Part shown: in pieces, positions 57,677 through 64,000 of the stretch
How positions within the stretch are numbered: position 1 is the first letter of the stretch
Layout of the letters: every line of letters starts with the position of its first letter
DNA from: a virus
Taxonomy: Duplodnaviria; Caudoviricetes
Reading direction: 5' to 3' (one strand)
Virus record (IMG/VR): IMGVR_UViG_3300034132_000017
Location: 934-64,933 of that record
Length of the DNA stretch: 64,000 nt
The notes under the pieces: generated by a model
What the model was told of the DNA's origin: nothing
Database searches by the model: none
What the model saw: the letters and a program-made list of their open reading frames with translations, nothing else
Translations under genes and position numbers: made by a program

Positions 57677-58042
57677 TTATGCGGCTATAAGCACTTGTTC
57701 AGAAATACAATTTTGATCTTTATTTGCCTTTGGAGCAAGGCAGATAATCATTAGCTCTGCTTCGGCTGGCAACACCCTCTGCTTCTTTCTTCTGAGGTCA
57801 ATCCCCAAAAGAAGGAGGTATTTTGGCATCCCTAACTGAACCGCGAAAGAGTCTAATGTACTGTCGAGAATTGGCGTTCCCGAAAAGTACTTTGACCATC
57901 TTGCCCGATCTGTTCCTGTAGCCGTGGCTATGGCTTCTAGAGACATTTCAAGAAACTTTTTAAGTTGCTCAATTTGCTGACTAGAACCAGCGTTTTGATC
58001 GTTTTGCATAACTGTACAAGTGCAGTATGAGAAGAGTAGCAC
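57677..58042 (-). CDS. XRE-type HTH protein (Cro-like)
   Basis: MSLEAIATATGTDRARWSKYFSG; true start probably ATG 58009. Confidence 0.6.
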   Translation of the reverse strand: MLLFSYCTCTVMQNDQNAGSSQQIEQLKKFLEMSLEAIATATGTDRARWSKYFSGTPILDSTLDSFAVQLGMPKYLLLLGIDLRRKKQRVLPAEAELMIICLAPKANKDQNCISEQVLIAA

Positions 58043-58139
58043 AGAGTTGTCTTAAGGAACAACATATTTTACACAAGACTTAGTAAAGTGAACTTTGCTT
58101 GTGCAATTCACCTATTAGAGAACGTTATGCGAAAAGGAT

Positions 58140-58409
58140 ATGGATCATAGGGACGCTTTCAATTTCGTGGTTGCCACTTTTAAGTTGAGCATGGCTGAAC
58201 TTTCTAGAAAATCAGGCGTCCCGCAAGAATCAATTACTAGATTTAGAAAAAAACAGAAAGATTTTGTAGCTGAAACATTGTTCAAGTTGATAGGAGCTAT
58301 GGATAGGAAGCATCAAGCCGTTTTCTATGGGTTAATGCAGAATGGGCAGAATGGCAAGAATAATGAGGTTGAAAAGGATGAGGTTGAAAAAGGAGGGGCT
58401 GATGAATAG
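58140..58409 (+). CDS. XRE-type HTH protein (repressor-like)
   Basis: LSMAELSRKSGVPQESITRFR; divergent from the previous gene. Confidence 0.7.
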   Translation: MDHRDAFNFVVATFKLSMAELSRKSGVPQESITRFRKKQKDFVAETLFKLIGAMDRKHQAVFYGLMQNGQNGKNNEVEKDEVEKGGADE

Positions 58410-58449
58410 TTCCATCAGCCCCGTGCAGTCTATGAGAGGAAAGCCAGAT

Positions 58450-59601
58450 TTAATCAGAAGATTCCAGGATCGAGCTATCAGCAGGAAGCATACTTTTTGC
58501 CGTCTCAATTAGCTTTGAGCGCTTGTGCAATCTCAGTCCTTTGCGTACCTTGATTACCGACAAAATCTTATCCATATAACGCTCTGCCTCTGCAAATTGC
58601 TCGTTATCTTCGGGAACTGGGGGCAGGGCTGCTAATTTTTGCAAAACCTCAACCCTCTTCTCCTCATCCCACGGTCGTTGTGCTTGGAGGAAGTTACCGA
58701 TCGTCCTCTCGTCTTTGTTTGATTTGAGGAAGCTTGAGAGGCGCGTAGAGCTGGTAGTTTTTGTTTCAGGAGGCTCCACAGTCTTTGCAGCTCTAGGCTT
58801 TGTTGCGGTTGCTGTGTTGCTACGGCTTCTCCCCCTTCTCGCGGGCGGTGTCTTTTCAACGTTGTCAACAGCGCTCATCGCTGGCTCTGCCCCGTTGGTT
58901 TGGGACTGCTCAATCATTGGTGTTTTTTGTAGCAAATTCACCAATGACCGCATAAAAATTTCCCAGTGAACTTGGGTGGTCCAGTAAGTTCCTTCCTCGG
59001 TCATAAACGCAGACATCCCATCGGCGTTCATTGCCTCAACAACAACCTCGACTGGAACGCCGATCGCTTCCGTCCGACTTGTAAGACTGATCAATAGAGG
59101 GGCATTAACTGTCTTTGCTGTTTGTTCTCCTTTATTTAAAGTGGATCTTCCTTGGCTTTTTTGAGCGGAACGTGAAGCTCCCTTTTCCATCGTGGTTTGG
59201 GTCATAGGTTTAGTTTTCAAAGACGTGCTTTTTCCCAGTTTATTAAACCTTCCCGAATCTGGATCGATGTTTTCCTCAAAATCAGAGTTATTTCGATTGC
59301 ACAGCACTAAAGCTGGAAACGTAGAGCAGTTATAGATTATGTCCGAATTGGTCGTCAATACAAGGCTGGAAGCACCTGTAATTAGCCAGGCTTGCCAACG
59401 CAAATCAACCACTTCTTTGAGGAGATGATCGGCTGATTCGCTCTGGCAGACCAGGTACATACCGTTGTCAAGACTGCTGAGATGGATGTGGCAGTTATCT
59501 AGCAGGTTCCCAAAGCACGCTCTATACCGCTCCATTCGGGCGGCTTCAAAGCAGAGAAGGTCATCTTCAGTAAATTCAGTAAGTTCAAACTCTTCAGGCA
59601 T
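58450..59601 (-). CDS. hypothetical protein
   Basis: 383 aa; GTAGGAACTCTAGGGC motif upstream (59623-59638). Confidence 0.65.
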   Translation of the reverse strand: MPEEFELTEFTEDDLLCFEAARMERYRACFGNLLDNCHIHLSSLDNGMYLVCQSESADHLLKEVVDLRWQAWLITGASSLVLTTNSDIIYNCSTFPALVLCNRNNSDFEENIDPDSGRFNKLGKSTSLKTKPMTQTTMEKGASRSAQKSQGRSTLNKGEQTAKTVNAPLLISLTSRTEAIGVPVEVVVEAMNADGMSAFMTEEGTYWTTQVHWEIFMRSLVNLLQKTPMIEQSQTNGAEPAMSAVDNVEKTPPARRGRSRSNTATATKPRAAKTVEPPETKTTSSTRLSSFLKSNKDERTIGNFLQAQRPWDEEKRVEVLQKLAALPPVPEDNEQFAEAERYMDKILSVIKVRKGLRLHKRSKLIETAKSMLPADSSILESSD

Positions 59602-59634
59602 GGCTAGGACGTTGTTGAGGTCGCCCTAGAGTTC

Positions 59635-60261
59635 CTACCTGACTCCTACCCGCTTTTTCTCTGCCCTGGCATCAGCGATCGCGCGGTTAATCAACGCCAT
59701 CATCTTTTCATTTCCAGTTGAGCTGTCTGGGTGGTAGTACCTCGCCAAATCCCTATATGCCTGCTCAATCTCTGAGAGTGAAGCGTTTGGGTCAACTTTC
59801 AGCACAACCCACCAGTTCCCCGCTATCTGTCCAGCGGTTACTGTCTGCCCTGGCGGGGTCAGATACTTCATTTCCTCGTACAGCTCTTCCTGTGTCTTCA
59901 CTCCCCACCTGAGCCGCCCCCGTTGAGCGTCAATATCTTTAGCAATTGCCCAAAGATTATCCTTCACCCTATCCCATAGATCGCAGCCGGTGGCTCTAGG
60001 AATTCCCTTGGGGTCTTTGAAGTAAACACCCACACCCGGATCATCCGGCTCTGCAAAGCGACTGTACGGCTTTCCCACTTTGGTGATTGGGATATTCGTC
60101 GTCACGATTATTTCTCGCGCTCCAAACAGCTCAAGCTGCCTCACCAGCTCCTCATAAGCTTGAAGGATTGTTCGCCTTCCCTGCGGGTCAAAACTGGAGC
60201 GGAAGCGTTTTTTTGAGCGCTCGATCGTGTGGGGATACTCCAGCGGGAATCTAGGGGGCAT
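59635..60261 (-). CDS. J-domain (DnaJ-like) protein
   Basis: WWVVLKVDPNASLSEIEQAYRDLARYYHPD. Confidence 0.85.
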   Translation of the reverse strand: MPPRFPLEYPHTIERSKKRFRSSFDPQGRRTILQAYEELVRQLELFGAREIIVTTNIPITKVGKPYSRFAEPDDPGVGVYFKDPKGIPRATGCDLWDRVKDNLWAIAKDIDAQRGRLRWGVKTQEELYEEMKYLTPPGQTVTAGQIAGNWWVVLKVDPNASLSEIEQAYRDLARYYHPDSSTGNEKMMALINRAIADARAEKKRVGVR

Positions 60262-60907
60262 TGTTACGAAATCCTCCTAAAACCGCATCCGTCGGTTGGG
60301 GTTGCCTCTCAAGCACTCCCAGAACTGCTGATCCTGGCTCTGGTTTTGGACCTTCATCGAACTTCTCTCGCCATTCGTTCAGTAGAGATCGTGCCTTACC
60401 CAGACGAAACCGGAAGCGCTCTATGTAGTGCTGATAGAACTCTGGGCTGAATGTCGCGTTAGTGTAAATTTCAAGGTCATTCAAGTCATGATAGATGAGC
60501 CTCAGTGATTGCTTAATTTCCTTCAAGCACTCCTTCTGCCGCTTCGCATGGGCTTTTCTCTCGCGTTCTGCCTGATGCTTGGGTAGCACCTCAAGGTAAA
60601 GCTTCGGTATTGTCTCTGGGTCTTTACCCAGTAAAACAATTTGTTCTAGAAAGTCAATTTTGAGTTCCCAGTTAGCTTTTAACTTCCAACAGCCGTAGCG
60701 TCGATCCTCGCGCTCCCAAATTATCATTTGGATCTTGTATGCGTCCCAAAGCTTCTGACGATGTGTGAGATCGTAGCTAACCAACGGCTCAATTTCTTTA
60801 CCCAAAGCTCTCATCAGTGTTTCGGCTTGAGCATAGCCACCATGCGCGGCCATCCACTCGCAGATGTCGCGCCATTGAACCAATTCTTCGTAGGTGATGA
60901 CTGTCAT
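60251..60907 (-). CDS. hypothetical protein
   Basis: ORF with GGAG SD. Confidence 0.6.
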   Translation of the reverse strand: MTVITYEELVQWRDICEWMAAHGGYAQAETLMRALGKEIEPLVSYDLTHRQKLWDAYKIQMIIWEREDRRYGCWKLKANWELKIDFLEQIVLLGKDPETIPKLYLEVLPKHQAERERKAHAKRQKECLKEIKQSLRLIYHDLNDLEIYTNATFSPEFYQHYIERFRFRLGKARSLLNEWREKFDEGPKPEPGSAVLGVLERQPQPTDAVLGGFRNNAP

Positions 60908-60925
60908 GACATCTCTCCCTTTACC

Positions 60926-61183
60926 TCACCGAGTTAAGCGATCGTCTAATTCAGTCCAGTCACCGACGTTCGACTTCTCGCTTTCATCCTGAAAGATTTC
61001 GAGTGCTGTGATTACCTCTCCTAAGCCCTTATAGGCATCATCTAGCCATCTCTTAGTTCTGGGGGATGCCTCAGTTTTCAAAATCCGTTTCCGCATCGAC
61101 TCAAGCGCTTTAATATCTTCCTCAATCATCCTCTTTTCCCTTTTCCCTAGTTGAGCGCTGTTACTCGCTTGTGTACTTAACAT
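60926..61183 (-). CDS. hypothetical protein
   Basis: ORF in the leftward operon; start uncertain. Confidence 0.5.
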   Translation of the reverse strand: MLSTQASNSAQLGKREKRMIEEDIKALESMRKRILKTEASPRTKRWLDDAYKGLGEVITALEIFQDESEKSNVGDWTELDDRLTR

Positions 61184-61338
61184 CGACCTCCCTCAACTAC
61201 CGCTCTAGCTCCTCAATGACACCCACGATCGCATCTTTGCAGAGCTAATGCAACACTGGACTAACATTTTCTGGTGGCTCATCCGTCCATGCTGCCAGAG
61301 CTTCGCGGAACTTTTCTAACTGCTGTTCAGTTACTTGC

Positions 61339-61560
61339 CTATTCATTCTCTCGCTCAATTGCTCCATCCTCCAGCCGCTCTATCTCTGCCAGGTCGTTTT
61401 CAGTTGCGATGCCCAAATCATACTTGCTGTAGAGCGATGCCAGAATCGAGTCAATTTTGAAGAACTTTGTACCTCGCGACTTTTCCTCTGCAATCCAGCG
61501 ATCGCAGTCCTGATTTAGTTGTGCGATTTGCTCAGATGTAGGCTTCCTCGTCGATTTCAT
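61339..61560 (-). CDS. hypothetical protein
   Basis: ORF in the leftward operon. Confidence 0.5.
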   Translation of the reverse strand: MKSTRKPTSEQIAQLNQDCDRWIAEEKSRGTKFFKIDSILASLYSKYDLGIATENDLAEIERLEDGAIERENE

Positions 61561-61798
61561 TTTGAATGCGCTCTCTTTCGTCTGGGAAGATTCGGTCTAC
61601 AACCCGCATAAACAGGTGATCAAGGTCATCATAATCAAGACTTTCAAGTTTTTCAGCTAGAGGAATATTAACTTCCTCTACTCTAGAGGGCAATTCACAA
61701 GGACTACCCACCCGCTGACTCAGAAGCTTTAACAAAATGGCTTGTTCGTCCTCAGACAAATCACTCAGCTCCATGTTCGCAATCTCATCTGTTTCCAC
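61532..61798 (-). CDS. hypothetical protein
   Basis: GGAGG SD. Confidence 0.55.
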   Translation of the reverse strand: METDEIANMELSDLSEDEQAILLKLLSQRVGSPCELPSRVEEVNIPLAEKLESLDYDDLDHLFMRVVDRIFPDERERIQNEIDEEAYI

Positions 61799-61991
61799 GC
61801 TCCCTCCTCAGCTCACTATCTAACCACAAATGATAGATCAGCTCTTCCCGTCGCATTCTGTCTAAATAAGCCTTTGCCACTTCATCCAATGATGAATTCC
61901 CAAGGATGACTCTGGTGTAGTCATCCATCATGCACCACGCGAGATATTCGTACTCGCTACCCGATGGTGGTTTCCAGCCAAATAGTTTCAT
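61785..61991 (-). CDS. hypothetical protein
   Basis: Overlapping ORF. Confidence 0.5.
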   Translation of the reverse strand: MKLFGWKPPSGSEYEYLAWCMMDDYTRVILGNSSLDEVAKAYLDRMRREELIYHLWLDSELRRERGNR

Positions 61992-62077
61992 AACGCTTCA
62001 CTCGTCAGGTGAAATAAGATAGCGATATCGCCTTGCTCGTTAAGATTGCTATAGAGAGCCAACCATGTTTTTCAGGT

Positions 62078-62491
62078 TTACTCATTACTCTTTTCTTCAG
62101 GCTCGTAGTTACTGAGTGTCAGTCTGATTTTTTGGGACAAAATCTCAACGTCATCGTCTCCCCAATCTTTCCCGAAGACGTCTGCCCAATCCAAAGCGAT
62201 TCCCCCTATCACATCGATCATATCTAGCTGTTCTTTCCTCTCAAGCTCCTGCTCAACGCCAGGAAGTGTTTTCGTTGCGATCACCTGCCACATCGCCCAC
62301 TCTACAGATTCCTGCTTGGCAAACCACGTTAAGACTTCACAAAATTTTCTCAGCGTATATAGATCGAGCTGGGACCAATCCCTATTGCTTATGCCTAAAT
62401 CTTCAAATGTTCGATCTTGATCCTCACTCATACTGCACCTCTCTGTGGGAACTTCAACGTGGTGATAGTGATTATGTACTATCCTGATCAA
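62078..62491 (-). CDS. hypothetical protein
   Basis: ORF; start uncertain (possibly MSEDQD). Confidence 0.5.
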   Translation of the reverse strand: MIRIVHNHYHHVEVPTERCSMSEDQDRTFEDLGISNRDWSQLDLYTLRKFCEVLTWFAKQESVEWAMWQVIATKTLPGVEQELERKEQLDMIDVIGGIALDWADVFGKDWGDDDVEILSQKIRLTLSNYEPEEKSNE

Positions 62492-62493
62492 AG

Positions 62494-62523
62494 TTGTACA
62501 GTAAACGAGCGTTTACTGTACAA
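62494..62523. other. perfect 14-bp inverted repeat with 2-bp core (candidate recombinase site)
   Basis: TTGTACAGTAAACG-AG-CGTTTACTGTACAA, immediately upstream of the serine recombinase. Confidence 0.6.
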
Positions 62524-62546
62524 ATACAAGTTACTGTACGCCTCAA

Positions 62547-63395
62547 ATGCGCCGAAGACAGCGATCACAGCCCGAACGAATTCAACTTCAATTGCTCCAT
62601 CAAGATGTCAAAGTTGGGCTGTATCTTCGTGTTTCAACTGAAGATCAAGCACAGTCAGGACTTGGCTTAGATGCTCAGTTGAGCCGGGGACTTGCAATGG
62701 CAGAAGTGAAGGGATGGACTGAGCTTCCCATCTGCGTTTATCGGGACGACGGTATTTCGGGAACTAAGGACGCATCGAAGCGCCCAGGACTGCAATGCTT
62801 ACTTGAGGATGCCAAAGCAGGCGTGATTAATGTTGTAATCATCCTTGACCTGTCACGGTTGGGACGTAAGACGCGACTGGTCTTAAATCTCGTAGAAGAG
62901 CTGACCTCCTATGGTGTTTCGCTCATCTCCTGCAAGGAAAGTCTAGACACGCTCACACCTCAAGGTCAGTTCGTTCTGACGCTGTTTGCGGCAGTAGCAC
63001 AGCTCGAACGCGACATGATTGCCCAAAGAACTAAGGCAGCTCTGGATGAGCGAGAGAAAATTGATGGTGAAACTGGGGGAAGACTACCTTATGGCTACCA
63101 GCGATCGCCAGATGGTTTGCTAGTGGATGACCAGCAGGCAGAAGCAATCAGAAAGATTTTCTACTGCGATAAGCAGTCGATGAGCCTGCGGAAAATTGCA
63201 GCGCTTCTTAATGGCGTGTATCCTCCACCGAGAGGTAAGCAGTGGTGGGCTACTAGTGTTCGTGAAATCTTACTGAATGAGTGGGCATACCGTGGAGGGG
63301 TGCGGGGTGATAGCTCAACATCTTTCCCATCAATTTTAGAACCATCTGAACCGATAGATGAAACAAGTATCCTAAACCTGGAGGGCATTGTATGA
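62547..63395 (+). CDS. serine recombinase (resolvase domain plus recombinase domain)
   Basis: YLRVSTEDQ catalytic Ser, LSRLGR, PYGY...SLRKIAALLN...WWATSVREIL; no zinc ribbon. Confidence 0.92.
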   Translation: MRRRQRSQPERIQLQLLHQDVKVGLYLRVSTEDQAQSGLGLDAQLSRGLAMAEVKGWTELPICVYRDDGISGTKDASKRPGLQCLLEDAKAGVINVVIILDLSRLGRKTRLVLNLVEELTSYGVSLISCKESLDTLTPQGQFVLTLFAAVAQLERDMIAQRTKAALDEREKIDGETGGRLPYGYQRSPDGLLVDDQQAEAIRKIFYCDKQSMSLRKIAALLNGVYPPPRGKQWWATSVREILLNEWAYRGGVRGDSSTSFPSILEPSEPIDETSILNLEGIV

Positions 63396-64000
63396 CTTTG
63401 AAAGATCAGCTTCAAGAAATCGCTACCTGTAAGCTTGAGGAAGAGCCAGAATTGTTGCAACTTTCTCTTAGCATGTACCGCAATGCCTCTTCCCGCTACA
63501 TCGACAAAGGGAAGCCATGGGAAATCAGTTATCGAAGTCTCTTTCTAGAAGAGTTTGAGAAAACAGATAGTTTCACAGCAGGCTATCTGCTTAATCTGAT
63601 TCACTGTAAATTGCATGAGGGCAACATCAAAGTATTTGTTACTGATGTATCACAGGGACCATATAAGGACTTTGCAAAAGATCAGAACAACGCGATTCTC
63701 AGCGGAATTAAGCCGCCATTTAGAGCTGAGTTTTGGGGTGGAAAGCCCGGTGCCGATATAGGTGATGATGGATATCTTGAGTGGGATGTCAAACACACGC
63801 TTGCACCTGTAGGTTCTGATTCACTTCCTACTGACGACGGAAAGGCTCATCTTCCGTTGGAAGTTGGTTCATGCAGCTTAATCTCAATTTGGGCGCATCT
63901 CTGGGAGCGCTACGGGTTTACTAGGTGGGTGTATGGCTCGAAGTACATCTATGGATTCATAAATACAGAACGTATTAATCCTCTCGATTTTCTTGAGTGA
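63392..64000 (+). CDS. hypothetical protein
   Basis: 4-bp overlap with the recombinase gene. Confidence 0.6.
   Translation: MTLKDQLQEIATCKLEEEPELLQLSLSMYRNASSRYIDKGKPWEISYRSLFLEEFEKTDSFTAGYLLNLIHCKLHEGNIKVFVTDVSQGPYKDFAKDQNNAILSGIKPPFRAEFWGGKPGADIGDDGYLEWDVKHTLAPVGSDSLPTDDGKAHLPLEVGSCSLISIWAHLWERYGFTRWVYGSKYIYGFINTERINPLDFLE

Noticed and set aside
8585-59684. Frequent GCGATCGC sites as a new motif
   Set aside because: This is the known cyanobacterial HIP1; used only as host evidence

Overview
This window holds most of a temperate, long-tailed (siphovirus-like) cyanobacterial phage, probably a phage-plasmid. The host assignment rests on frequent HIP1 GCGATCGC sites, a SigF-like sigma factor, HU and Ycf46/Ycf35-like genes. 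It encodes terminase, portal, neck, tail tube, a frameshifted tail chaperone, a 3097-aa tape measure protein, baseplate, scaffold, a P22-like capsid protein and fibers. It also encodes a ParA plus RHH partition pair with octamer centromere-like arrays, an iteron-bearing replication initiator, a divergent HTH switch and a serine recombinase. The strongest hidden feature is a compact 237-nt group I intron (31471-31707) that interrupts the tail tube gene and explains its apparent truncation. Four separate cis-element families can be read from the sequence: (1) a GTGGGAACT-type late promoter in about 16 copies, attributed by inference to the phage sigma factor; (2) sigma70 promoters with a CGTTTA-N12-TAAACG operator and a shared leader that drive an AAA/DUF2997/DUF1257 cassette; (3) a 20-bp palindrome CAAAACTT-N4-AAGTTTTG in 11 copies; (4) octamer arrays. 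An operon of five small exported proteins and enzyme-like domains inside the tape measure protein are also notable. Family names come from motif recognition only; no database searches were run.
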